Positions 1 to 12,900 of a stretch of DNA of 64,000 bases are shown piece by piece (position 1 is the first letter of the stretch; every line of letters starts with the position of its first letter). The DNA lies in NCBI GenBank assembly GCA_904063045.1, contig CAJFCJ010000022.1, positions 558,001 through 622,000 of the forward strand, in the 5' to 3' direction. The stretch comes from Dimorphilus gyrociliatus. Taxonomy: Eukaryota > Animalia > Annelida. The position numbers were made by a program, and so were the translations under genes. The notes under the pieces were generated by a model. The model had not been told where the DNA came from. It ran no database searches and was given only the letters and a program-made list of their open reading frames with translations.

Positions 1-1
1 T

Positions 2-2214
2 AATTATACTGGAACTTCACCTGCACATGTTGGATGCCAGATATTTTCGTGTTATATCCTTAGGTATAACTCTCATTACACGAAACTCTATGTAAACTCA
101 TTGAATCACTATGTGCACTTATGTGAACTGGAAGTAACAATGCTTAATATGGCTATAGGAACAACAGTTACGGCCAAGATAAATGGTTCGACAGTATCAA
201 TACCGTATTATAGAGATCTAAATATTATAGTGGAGAAGTGTATAACAACTAATTTTAAACTTGGTCGCGATGTTTTCGTTCAAATTCTAATGACGAGAAT
301 CGATTGTAAGCGTTTCTTTTTATTTATTAATTTAATTATATATTCACTGGTTTATTCATTTAATTATTTTTCGCTTTAAAGGTTCTGGAAGTCTTTGTTC
401 TGGACATTTTCGGTTTAGGGCAATTATGGATAAGGGGGAAAAAAACTACTGTCCTTCACTTACAACCAAACCAAATAGTCTCGAATGGATTGTTTGGCCG
501 TGTTTCGGAATTACTTCTCACATTATTTTAGTTAACGATTTAACTACTACACGCATAATTAGTATAGAGATTTATGGATCGGAGGTATCTACTTCTACAG
601 CTCTACTTAACCTGCTACCTTCGACAGATTGCTCTATTATGGGTGCAAATTCAAATATAATATGCGGACAATTCTCCTATTGGACTAGTAAATCAGAAGA
701 TAGTGCGCCAAACAATTACAATCCATTCCTAATATTGGACGATAGTCATACTACTTGTATAAGTAGCGAGATATTTAAGAATTTCTCGTGGATTTCCATA
801 CTTCCCGGTCAATACGATCTGGAGAAGCTTGTTATAATCACTAATTCAACACCTCCTCTACTAACGATACCAGTCAATTTCACATTTTGCGATGACAATG
901 GACTAGTTGAAGTTATTACAGAAAATATTAAATTTGGCGAAGGGTTATACACCTGTACATTTAATCTATCATTGTCCATTAAGCCGTCAAGTTTAAATAT
1001 AACAATAGACGAAGGATATTATGGAGAATTTTGCGAGTTTCAACTCTATGGATCAAAGATATCCTCGTCTAAAAATGCAATATCAGTATCGAATTTTCAA
1101 ATGTCTCTTAGCAATTCTTATAATTGTACAAGCCCTGGAGAAAAGCTGGAAGATTTTATCTGGCTTCCCTCTAGTGAATATTGTTATTCTATATACGGTA
1201 GAGTTAATGGTAAACCGTGGGTTAGAGTAAAATTTACTTATAGCTACCTAATAGAAACTGTACTAATATCGCATATGGACAACATATCGAGTGTAGATAT
1301 TGGTTTGGTGGGAACATGGAGAGGTGTTGAGTATTTAACGGAAAATGAATATCCTTTCAAAAGTCAGAGGAGGATCTGCGCTACTGAAATCAATTTGAAT
1401 AGGTTCAGTGAAAGGATTAACTGTCTTGAGAACGCTTATGGAAATTATTTATATGTTGGGTCGTTAAACTATAAAGCCACAATTAGAATATGCGAGTTAG
1501 GCTTTTTTGGCTATAGATTCGATTATCTTGAGAATGAACATCTATTACGAATGGTTGATAAAGTGTCGACCAGCTCATTAATACATTTTGATGGAAATTC
1601 AAATGTTACTTCCCTGTCAATTTCACCAATGTTTAATGGAGAAGGTGAATTGATTATTTACGGCCTACCTAGGAATTATCCTATTCAATTCCTAAACGAG
1701 TCTAACATTCTGTTGCGTTTAAATGAACCATTCGTAAAGAATAACGATATACTTTATGACGTTCAGCAAAGTTCAATAGAAAGTTTACTTTTCGAAGGAG
1801 ATTTTACAGCAGAGCTATTTGTAAGAATTTTTGGAATTTTTAAAAGAGGAGGTTGACATTGATACATATATATATATTTAAATTCGATATTCTTTTACTT
1901 TATTTATCGTTTCAGTCTACTCTAAACCTATTGTGAACGATGCTAAACTCTATCAAGGAACCTCAAAACTATTTAACACTTTTCAATTGTGCAGTAGCGA
2001 ATGTCTAAAAGACTCAAATTGCTGGGCATATTCATGGTCGAAAGATTCGTGTAAATTTTCATATTCTCCGAAAACAAGTGGACAAATTATAGATTTCTAT
2101 AAGTATTACGATCAAGACCAGTATCAAGTTCGATATGAAAAAACCGGAAGCGCAATTTTTTCAATTTGCGTTCAAAATATAACGAACGAACTAAATGAAC
2201 GGTGTCCCAATTGA
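2..2214 (+). CDS. Multi-domain extracellular protein with degenerate fucolectin/F5-8 type C-like repeats and a C-terminal PAN/apple-like domain; 5' end is outside the window
   Basis: The frame is open from position 2 into ORF 101-379 (YVHLCELEV). It continues after an acceptor near 380 into 426-1851. A phase-1 intron 1852-1915 (gttgac...tttcag) joins ORF 1933-2214. Repeated LCELEV / FCEFQLYG / ICELGFFG and KPWVRVKF motifs resemble FTP/F5-8 strands. CSSECLKDSNCWAYSW...C resembles PAN. Confidence 0.55.
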
Positions 2215-3077
2215 AACAGATGACATTGATTATAAAATATATGTCAAATAATCTATATAAAGGAAAGGCGAGTGCCATAAGTATTCATATCATCTCTTCT
2301 TCTAACTAAGGAAATAAAGATTTATTCAAAATTAATTTTTTGATGATTTCTCTTCTCTTTCCATTCATATATTAAAAGGGAAATATGAAGGTAAAGAATG
2401 GGGAACAGATTAATTTTCCTTGTATATCTCATCATTATCATTTTGAATATAAAACAAAAGATATCGACAAATATATATTTATGTATATTCAGAATTTTTT
2501 GCAAGTGCATAACAAAGAGAATTTCCTACTAATTATATTCTTCAAGCTTAGCATTCAAACCTCTAATCTCTTTTGGAAAAGAGAACAAAAGGGAACAAAG
2601 TATTCATTTTCGGAAAATACGAATTGCTCTATTTCTTTTATTTCAAAAGTATCTAAAATAATATACTTTATTGTAAACTTTACTTACATTATAACTAACT
2701 CGTGAATGTTTTACTTTTTCTTCTCACTTTTCTTACATTTTAAATAGAATAACGCAAATTATAGACAAACCAAAGAAAAAGACATACAAGGAGGAAGTTC
2801 CTTTTTAAAAAGTTTACACTAGGGTAAATAGGGAAGATAAACGAAAGAGGAGGAAACTGTACGTTAATGTTATAATTTATATCTTTCTTTTTTTTTAAAA
2901 AAAAAATTGAAAAGAATGAGGAAACAACTAAAACATTTCTAAATTGCCGCCTTCTATCGGATATTTTAGAAAATACATTATACTTTTTATGGTAAAGTAG
3001 CAATTTCAAAACTAGATTAAATAAGGATAATATCTAATTATACTATTCTACGGCATGTACAACTCTGCGATTGTCCA

Positions 3078-4022
3078 TCATCTACTATAAGAGATCACTT
3101 CTTTCCTTTTGAACAGCAACTTTAGTAAACCATCTCTGAACTGCTTGCCTGTTGCGCAGTATAGATAAAAATTCAGCACTGAATTTAAATGAAAGAGAAA
3201 CCACGATACATCGTAAAAGATCTGAGCGCCTTCTTTTCCAAAGTTTTCATCTATTACTTTGTAACTATACGATATAATCATAAAAGGAGAAGTTAATACT
3301 AGAAATATCAAAGATATGGCCAATAGCATAAATGTTAAAGATTTCGCTTTGTCTTCGTCGTCTTTCTTTCTACCTGTTAGACTACTTTGAATTCCCTTCG
3401 ATCTCGTAATACTTATCAAGATGGCGATATTTCCAAAAAGGATTAATATAAAAGGTAGAAAACTTCCAACAATCCCTTGTAACCATTTCCTTATTTCGAA
3501 ATGAATTGGTTCTTTATCAGAGCAAACTTTTCCGCTTGTTCCTTCAACAATAGCAATCGACGTCAAGTAATAAGAATTGACAATGATCATTGCTAAAAGA
3601 ACAACTATTATAGATATCCATTCCGCACGAATTGTAATCCAAATTTTCGATTTAAGTGGGAATAGAATCCCTAAAACTCTCCATCCAGTTAAAAGAACCA
3701 ATAGCCAAGAGGATGTCTTTACAATAGTGTATTTTACATAGACGGCTGCTTTGCAAAGAGAATTACTATGTAGCCTTACATTGCTATAGAAAACAAATTT
3801 AAGATACATTCTGAGTACCGATTCAATCAAATTAAGAGTATCAACAACAGCTAAAACAATAAGAATTTTCGTCAGCGAAGCTCTTTGAAAATATTTCGAA
3901 GAGAGCAATACTATTGAAAGAATATTGCCAACAACACCAAACACAAACAGTATTGGTGTAGAAACTTTATAGAATAGCTCCGTATTCCAGGAGAAAGAGG
4001 ACGATAGCGTATCGTTTGTCAT
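3078..4022 (-). CDS. Intronless class A (rhodopsin-like) orphan GPCR, peptide-receptor-like (GPCR1)
   Basis: 314-aa ORF with 7 hydrophobic segments. Motifs: GxxGN in TM1, LAxxD in TM2, Cys at the top of TM3 and in ECL2, LPF in TM5, NFYLY...FR (NPxxY/helix 8 variant). Confidence 0.93.
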   Translation of the reverse strand: MTNDTLSSSFSWNTELFYKVSTPILFVFGVVGNILSIVLLSSKYFQRASLTKILIVLAVVDTLNLIESVLRMYLKFVFYSNVRLHSNSLCKAAVYVKYTIVKTSSWLLVLLTGWRVLGILFPLKSKIWITIRAEWISIIVVLLAMIIVNSYYLTSIAIVEGTSGKVCSDKEPIHFEIRKWLQGIVGSFLPFILILFGNIAILISITRSKGIQSSLTGRKKDDEDKAKSLTFMLLAISLIFLVLTSPFMIISYSYKVIDENFGKEGAQIFYDVSWFLFHLNSVLNFYLYCATGKQFRDGLLKLLFKRKEVISYSR

Positions 4023-5611
4023 TATTTATTAAGATATCTTAGCAAAATGATTCTGTGTTTTCACAACACATCTTAACAGAAATGTGTTTAATCCGACTAT
4101 ATAAGCAAATATTAATAATGAATACTAATGGAATAGTTGAAATCAATGAGATTATTCTTATAATTCATCTTAATAATCAGCACGTTCTTTGGCTTTACCC
4201 TTGTATCGTAAAGATGATAGATAATCTCATATGTAAACGATACAAAGAACTACGTAGATTCTGAGAGACTATTATATCTTTTAAGCCATCATTTTTGTCT
4301 AAAGTTTTTGAACAATAAAAGATTAGAGAGCTTTAACGCATAACAATTCTTTACGAAATGGTCAGTAAATGGTGAAATTGTATTTCAACATAAAAACAGA
4401 GTCTAATGACAGTTTTATTGTTAAATGCTGGCTTAGTTGACAACCTTATTATTCTATTATTTTTAACTGTACAAAGTTACAGTAAATTCCCTTTCATCTT
4501 ATAACGCTAATTATACTTGTAACACTTTCATAAAGAACTAAAGGAAAACAGTGAAAAACTACATACAATACCAAAAGTTTTAAGGAGTTCTATTCAATTA
4601 CAAAATAGGTTTCAATTGAATGTAAATAACTTATACGAATGCTTCATTCAATATCACAAAAGTGTTGTTTTTCTATATAGAAGAATTATACAATCAGAAT
4701 TCGTGTGAGATATTTTATATCCATATTTGGGAATTTGATCCATTATTTCATTCTATTTCAAAATGGCGTAATTCAGTAAACGTAGTGGTTTCATTATGAA
4801 TTGTGTCACCAAAACAAATAAATGATGTACGTGTTGGTCGTTTCACCTAGTTATGACACAACTAAATAAAAATCATGAATAATTACCACAATTCATCTAC
4901 TATTTAACTAAATAGAAAACTATAATTGTACACTATTTTTATATATATATATATATATTTATATTTGTTAATTAAAAGAAAAGCAGTTAAAGTACTTAAA
5001 AGTATAGAGTTGATTACGTAATAAATTACATTACATTTCATTACAATTTATAAACATAACGATGAATATTCTATTGACTATTTATATCAGATGAGTAATA
5101 AAAGCATACTCTTGCAAAGTGACTTTGTATTTTACTACAAAGTTTATCGTTTACTATTAATTTTCTATTATTTAAAATATAAAAGAAATGGTGGTCTTAT
5201 CGAATGTTTTGCTGTTGTCTCTTCGGAACAGCTCTGAAATGATAAGAGGAACAAAGCGAACAGACTAATCTATTAAATCTATCGGAATAAGTTGTGCATT
5301 TTATGATTAAACATGCATGTATAGTTTATTTACAAACATAAAAGACATATGAATATTTAAAGCTACAAAATATCTTTCCAATTAAAACAATAAACGATTA
5401 TTAAGATTTCATTGAAAAAACTGTAAACTTTTCTCTACTCTAACAATTAAGAGAGATTGATAAATAAAGTACTAAACATAGTTCTTAAATCTTAACAATT
5501 CCAACTTTGACAAACCAACTACAAACACTTAACAACAACGTGTAAACGGTATTTAAGTAGATACTGTATACTATATTATTATACATTGATTTCTATGCAT
5601 AATAAAGAAAA

Positions 5612-6616
5612 TTAGTATTTTGTTAAATGCTGAATAGACACTTCATCAGTTAATATTGTTCTATTGGAGGATATCGACTGCCTCTTTAGTTGTCTCTTCT
5701 TACAAAACAATCTACTGAATCCTTCTCTAAATTGTTTACCTGTAGAACAGTAAAGATAAAAATTTAAAACCGAATTCATATGATAAAGTATCCAAGAGAT
5801 ATCGTTAAATATCTGCGCATTCCTCTCTCCCAAATATTTCTTTAGAGTTTTCCAAAAGAATGCCGTAATCATGAAAGGAGAAGTAGCCAATAAGAATATC
5901 AAAGATATAGCCAACAACATAAATGTTAAAGATTTCGCTTTGTCTTCGTCGTCTTTCTTTCTACCTGTTAGACTACTTTGAATTCCCTTCGATCTCGTAA
6001 TACTTATCAAGATGGCGATATTTCCAAAAAGGATTAATATAAAAGGTAGAAAACTTCCAACAATTCCTTGTAACCATTTCCTTATTTCGAAATGAATTGG
6101 TTCTTTATCAGAACATGCTTTTCCACTCGTTCTTTGAACAATAGTAATCGACGTCAAGTAATAAGAATTGACAATGATCATTGCTAAAAGAACAACTATT
6201 ATAGATATCCATTCCGAACGACTTGTAATCCAAACTTTCGATTTAAGTGGGAATAGAATCCCTAAAACTCTCCATCCAGTTAAAAGAACCAATAGCCAAG
6301 AGGAGGTTTTTAAAAGAATATACTTTAAATATACGATCGTCTTACATAAGAAATCGCTATAAATCCTTAAATCGAAATCGAATATGAAATCTACGTAAAC
6401 CCTAAGAAAGGCTGCGATTAAAATAAGAGAGTCGACAATTGCCAATACAATAAGGATTCTTGTTAAAGAGACTTTTCGAAAGAAGTTTGACGAAAGAATT
6501 ATGATTGAAAGAGTATTACCGACAATTCCAAGAATGAGTATTAAAGGGCATGATAGCCTATAGAAAAGATTCCTATCCCAAAAGAAATCCGGTAAAGATG
6601 ATGTATCGTTTGACAT
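5612..6616 (-). CDS. Intronless class A orphan GPCR (GPCR2), close paralog of GPCR1
   Basis: Same 7TM motifs as GPCR1. The true ATG is at 6616 (MSNDTSS); the ORF-track start at 6631 is TTG. Confidence 0.93.
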   Translation of the reverse strand: MSNDTSSLPDFFWDRNLFYRLSCPLILILGIVGNTLSIIILSSNFFRKVSLTRILIVLAIVDSLILIAAFLRVYVDFIFDFDLRIYSDFLCKTIVYLKYILLKTSSWLLVLLTGWRVLGILFPLKSKVWITSRSEWISIIVVLLAMIIVNSYYLTSITIVQRTSGKACSDKEPIHFEIRKWLQGIVGSFLPFILILFGNIAILISITRSKGIQSSLTGRKKDDEDKAKSLTFMLLAISLIFLLATSPFMITAFFWKTLKKYLGERNAQIFNDISWILYHMNSVLNFYLYCSTGKQFREGFSRLFCKKRQLKRQSISSNRTILTDEVSIQHLTKY

Positions 6617-7009
6617 GTTGTTAATCGTCAATCAATTAGCCCGGAGTGAATATCTTCTGCTGTTTTTTACCGTTAAGAAAGAAATGTCATATTCAAATTA
6701 CCTTCGCCTAATACATATTAATACGTTATACATAGAATAATTAATAGGAAATCGGTTGAGTTTGTTTATATTTAGTAATTATAAATATTCATATTGTTGT
6801 TATTGGATACTTACTCTACTTTATTTATTTACGACAAATCGTGAATAATTACTACAAATTTCGCATCATAGCAGAAATATAATAAAACTAGTCTAATAGA
6901 ACATAACTACAATGAAATTAGAATCAATTCATTCATTTTGGTATAGTATTCTATTTTACAGTCTTGTCTTCCATCATCTCCCCTGTTCATTGGACAGAAT
7001 TGAGGCATT

Positions 7010-8008
7010 TTACGGTATGGTATCGGTTGAAGACTTCTTAGTTTTACTCTTTTCGATTGATTGAAGGATTTCCATTGGTGCAAGTAATTTGAAAGTAGCA
7101 ATTCTAAATGATCTTCCAGATAGGCAATATAGATAGAAATTAAGAACGAAATTGGCATAGAAAACAAGCTGGAAAGAATGCCAGAGTATATTCTCCTTTT
7201 CAATACCAATAGCGGCTTTAATATTATCACTTTCTCTTAATAAAATCAGTGTTGGTGCTGTTGTGATCAGGAAAGTAAAGCTGATGAAAATAAACATTAC
7301 TGTTGTCGATAGAAAGTTGTCTCCCTCCGAAGTATTGTTGGTTAGAGAAGAGCGTTGTTTCGAAAATCGATTGTATTGAATAATGATCAAAATGTTACCA
7401 ACAAATATAAGAGCGAATGGTAGAAAACTTCCTATAACTTCATCAATGATCTTTTTTGAATCTAGGTATTTTTGACTCTTTGCGTAGCAGGTAACAGTAC
7501 CTTGGAATGATCCTTTGGTTATTCCCACGAGGAGGAAAGCGTTAAGACAGAATGAAAATAAGAAAACTACACCCACTGCAATCCTCTCTGCCTTCTTCGT
7601 CATCCACAATTTTGCCTTTAAGGGATATAGTAAGCTTAGAGCTCTCATCCAAGTTATAAGTACAATTAACCAAGCAGATGATTGTAAGAACCAATACAGC
7701 AAGAAAACGTTTATCTTGCACATGGCTGACGAACTGGTACGAATGTCTTTCCCAGAAATTGATATTGCAAGCTGCCTTAGACCACCTATAAGCAAAGCTA
7801 AAAGGTCCGATGCCGCCAAGGAAGTCATTGCTATCGATGTTGGTACTTCTCTGAAGAAACGAGATCTCCAAACGTACATAGAAAGAGAATTTCCAACCAA
7901 ACCAAAGAATATAAGGAAAGAAAATCCCATCATGTAAACTACGTTTAACTTCCATGTCAAACTTGAATAGTCAATAGCTGGACAAGAACTGGAACTGTTG
8001 TCTGACAT
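7010..8008 (-). CDS. Intronless class A orphan GPCR (GPCR3), more divergent paralog
   Basis: 332-aa 7TM ORF with GLVGN, LAASD, SSAWLIV, GSFLPF and NFVLNFYLYC..G..FR, shared with GPCR1/2. Confidence 0.92.
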   Translation of the reverse strand: MSDNSSSSCPAIDYSSLTWKLNVVYMMGFSFLIFFGLVGNSLSMYVWRSRFFREVPTSIAMTSLAASDLLALLIGGLRQLAISISGKDIRTSSSAMCKINVFLLYWFLQSSAWLIVLITWMRALSLLYPLKAKLWMTKKAERIAVGVVFLFSFCLNAFLLVGITKGSFQGTVTCYAKSQKYLDSKKIIDEVIGSFLPFALIFVGNILIIIQYNRFSKQRSSLTNNTSEGDNFLSTTVMFIFISFTFLITTAPTLILLRESDNIKAAIGIEKENILWHSFQLVFYANFVLNFYLYCLSGRSFRIATFKLLAPMEILQSIEKSKTKKSSTDTIP

Positions 8009-9900
8009 GATTTACGTTTTACGAATGCAATGGCCGAGCAAACAGTTATATACCATCAACTCTGGAAAGATGATCCTTCCACAAAGCCTATATGTCAAAT
8101 GAATAATCTGCTTACGCTCCATTGTTTAAAATACAATCATTAATACTGAATACGTGCACTTTTGAACTTCTTGTGAACTTTTTCACCATATTTACCACTA
8201 AAAACGTTGCTTGATAATAAAGTGCTGTTCAATAATTAACATTTCTCAATTATCTTTCATCATATTTTAATAAGTAACAACAACAAAAAATAGAATTAAT
8301 AGCGTACGTGCATGTTATATCGTACAGTATGATTTATATGTAAGACCTGCTAAATATGGAAATAATCAATAATTTGCATATTTAGACATTTAGATACTAT
8401 AAAGTCTTTATTTTTTTATTAATATTTATATTTTATTAATTGATATTCAAACTAAATTGTTTTCTAGTATTCTATAGAAGTCAGCTCTTCCTTTGGCATC
8501 TCTCAATGCAATATAATTGGGTAAATTAGACATAACCTCTCATATTTAAATTAAATCTTTTTCCTTAGAATGTTCTCGCTAAAGTTACAAATTGTTGCGC
8601 AATCGCTTTTCTAAATCTTTTGGGCAGCAAATTTTGGAAATTTTGGCCAAGTTTGTAAACTTTTCAGCTTTTCAACAGTCAATTACCAAACTCTTTTCAA
8701 CAGTAGGTATTTTATCAACCATTTTTGTGAAAACTCCTTAGTATAGTTGAAAGCGATAGCAGTATATGAATATGTAAATTAGCTTTTTTCGGAAAAAAGA
8801 TGAGCGACCAAAATCTAAACATCTAAAATAGCAATTTTAAGGTGACCTACTATAAGAGGTCTATAGTGTATACCATTAGTATTTACTCGTATCCATATAT
8901 TTATATAGAGTATATCCTGTATATATACTAATATAAATTTATATACATATATATGTTACTTATCTTTTTTCTAGGGTAATGTATTCATAATTCTCAATGA
9001 ATGTAAACTTGATTATCTCCATCGTAAACATAACCAAGACAAATGAAAAGAGAAAGAAATAATTTCTAATCTTCTTAACTTTTTTCATCTTATACCGACA
9101 TAAGAAAAAATGGAATAATTGCAAAATTATTATCTTTCTAAATATAGAAATAAATAGAAAAATATAGAAATATTAATGAGAATATCTGTGCCTTATTAAT
9201 ATAAATACTAAATATTTGAAGAGTATAAATAGAAAAGAAAGAAGCAAATAGAATATATTATTTTTAAATTAATAAACAATAGTAGGAGTTTCAAAGTATT
9301 GATTTCGCAAAATAAGCAATATTTTAATACTTTTGAATGAAATATTAATATTGCATATGCAAAATATAATACTCTATAACCCGCCAATCGTTTTATTCTC
9401 TATATTATATTATCATTTCATTGACGTATAGTGAAAGTGATCAAATAGCCAAAATTAACAATGTAACAATAGATTAGGGATAAAATTGTTTTACATGGAA
9501 AAACCTGGTTGAAAAACCTGGTTCAAGAGATAAGCGAAAATTGATGATTAAAGTATCATTAAAAAATGCTGACGTTACAGTTCAATAAACTTGTTTCTAT
9601 TGTTCCTCTTTTCATTTAGATTGTGTTAATTTAGTAAACAGCCAGAGGGAGAGAGGGAGGGAGGGAGAGTGAACAGAGTCGAAAAGAAAATATGAGAATG
9701 TTATTTAACGAATTAACGAATGATCCAGTGCTCTAATAAATGAATGTATTAATGACTATGGAAAAGGAGAAGAGGATCAAGTGCAATTGGAATTTTATTG
9801 CAAGAGTAGATAACATTACAACAATATTATAAAGACAGATTGTGCGATAGTTTAGTCAATCATTTTAAGTAAGTGCAATCACACTTTCGTCTATATCATT

Positions 9901-12900
9901 TCAAATTTCCTTTTTCTTTGGTTCATTCCCTTGTTCATCAATTTTCTGCAAGAGCCAGTAAGTTGTCATCTCTCCTTTGCCCTATTTTATCATTTATCAA
10001 CAGAGGCCATTATTTTATACGCTTTCTTCAAATTTAATAACTTATATACAACTCTTTTCGTCTATTTAATACCTTTATGGGAATACTTCCTCGTTCTTCT
10101 ATCTTGTACCCTCCTCCCGCTACCTTTTCTAGAGCGTCTTTTGTAAAAGGACTCAGGTGAACTTTTGATGGTTTTCCGTTACTTTCCATAATATTTGCAG
10201 TAATAACTGTATCTCCGAATAAACAATATCTACGAACGAAAAGGTCGTCAAATATTTCAAGGTTGACAGTTTTTTCCAGACTTACCTGGGCATTGTTTGG
10301 CCAACAACTCCAGCTGCGCAAGGGCCGGTATGAATACCTATTCTTAAATGTATTGTCAAATCTGGTTTGTGCCTGACTTGAAAACTTCCGACGCTTTTCG
10401 ACAAGTGTAGGGCAACGTCGGCTATTTCTATCACGTGTTTCATTCCATTTCGACGCGGGGCGCCCGACACTACCTGCAATGATTTTGTTTGTTATGGTGT
10501 CATAATGGAAAGCCTACTTAGATTATATAAAGAAAAAAACATACAACATACGCATCTCCAATCGTTTCAACTTTATAAACGTCATACAAACTTAAAATGT
10601 CATCAAACAGGGTATATAAATCGTTAAGGAGATCAACAACTTGCATTGGAGAACTTTGCGAGCTAAGAGAAGTAAATCCAACAACATCGGAAAAGAATAT
10701 CGTAACTAAATCGAATATTTCTGCTTCAACTGCACAGCCACTTTTAAGTTTTTCAGCAACCATTCTATATAATATACAATTGTCTATAGTCTATTTAATT
10801 ACTAAATTACTGCTAAGCCATCTTACGGAGGTAACATTCTGTATAGGAGAGAATCGGTTTTCTTCTTTTCTTCTATAAGCATTTTAGTTCTATTCTCGAC
10901 GATTTCCTCCAAATTATTAGCATACTTTTCCAGTTTAGTTATCATTGTATCCATAATATTCGAATCCCTTTTTTATTGAATAGTTAACAATGCAATATGC
11001 TTTGCCATACATATTTATACAGTGCATATAGACAATATATATATAAGTATACATTGTGTATATTGTATATTTGCCATTTTAGTGGTTATTTAATTAACGA
11101 GCTACTTACTTTCCAATATTTATTTTGCGTACAGATTTTGTAATTTTCTCAAAATTAGGCCTATCGTGGGGATTTTCATTCCAACACTCTTTCATTAATT
11201 CTATGTATTTATCATCATCTTCGTCCAACTTTAAATCTTCTGGCTTTGTAGGTCTAAGCGGCGGTTTTTCACCATTTTTTACTCTTGTTATCAATTCTAT
11301 ATTGACATTGAGAGAAATTCAAAAGTAGATAATATAATAATAATACTATTATCTCTAGATTAAATTAATTACCTTTAGGCGAGAGAAATGTATTGAAATA
11401 TGGAAGTCCCCTAAATAGAATTTCGCTAAGAACCATAGCGAAACTATAGACGTCTCCTTCTTGATTACCTATAGGTAACGTTCCATCTTGAATAGTTAAG
11501 GGTTGAGAACGAAGAATTTCGGGGGCACACCAAAGCAGTTTTTTATAAATTTGATATTCCGCGACTCCCTCTTTTTTTAAATTTGATTGAAATTGTAAAT
11601 TCCTTAGTTGATACATTCCGTAAGAGCCAATCCTTAACACCCATCTACTATCTATAAGACAACAGCCGCTTGTCAAACTTCCGTGATATTTTAAAATTGA
11701 CGAATGAAGAAAATTCATTCCTGCAACAATGGTGAAAAGATTCAATACAATATATTTTTAATAGTCTCTCTTGAAAAACCTGATATTAAATCTTTTATTA
11801 AGGATCTCTTGAATGAACTATCCAATGTTAGATCATCATTTTCCAATATATCTTGTAGACTACCTCTTGAACAGTACATCCATAGAATGTGTGCTTTTGG
11901 AGGTTCAAGACTTAGACCAATAAAGGGATTAACATTTTCGTGATTCATCTCTTTCATCTATGTAAAAATTATATAAATATTAAAGGGTTTAGGTGAAATA
12001 CAATTGACTGTAATTTACTAATCAACTACCTCTTTAAGTTCTCTTAATCTTTCTCTTGTTAAGTTAATGGTAGCATTCTCCAGAGGAAATATTCTTACCG
12101 AGACCGTTGTACCTTTATATAACGCTAATCTGGAATAAATTTGCCCAACTGATTTTACAGATGCATTAGACGGTTGAGAAGAATTTGAATGGATACTTTT
12201 AGCACTTAAATTCACCTTTCATTGAATATACGAAGGAAAACAATGAATATTATTTTTTAAAAAAATGTTTCTTTTTACCGCGCTAAATGCCCCTTTATTA
12301 ATTAATTCGACGTCTTCGACGTTAATTTTCCAAATCATTTGATATATATCCGCTTCTAACTTTTTTCTCCTGTTAAAACAAAAGTTTTTATTTGTTTTTT
12401 TAAAAAAACAAAACTATAGATTAATAAATGTTTACCTGAAATAGATGGATATCGCTATCGATACGAGTATTAAAACTAAACATGCTACCCCAATGCTTAT
12501 ATATAGTGCATTGTTATCTGTTGAAAGATTATAATGTTATTTCAGACAGAAAGTGTTAAAAGTTAACCTGTGGGAGGAGAAGGGCAAAATTCATTGGAAA
12601 AACCACATTTAGGAACGTCGGGTGGAGGAAGGCCAGTTTCTGTCTGCCAATTGGTTTCTGAATACACTGTAATTTCACTTCCATTGCCTGATCTACCAGT
12701 TAAAATTACTTCCAACCAGGGAGTGTACTCATTCTTATCTCCGTCGAAATGCCAAACCCAATAGTCTGGTAACCTATCAGCTTTTGAATCTACTTCAATC
12801 CTACCAAATTTTGAACGTATATATCTACTTTTTGACTTTTCCATCATCCAATCAATATCTCTAACTGATTTATTAGCCTGAATGGTTTCATTCATCACAT

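Noticed and set aside
2322-3009. Short ORFs in AT-rich DNA between convergent genes
   Set aside because: Low-complexity F/I/K/N composition, non-ATG starts, no splice support.
9498-9523. GAAAAACCTGGTT repeated twice in tandem
   Set aside because: Only two adjacent copies with no spacers. It is a simple slippage duplication, not CRISPR or a satellite.
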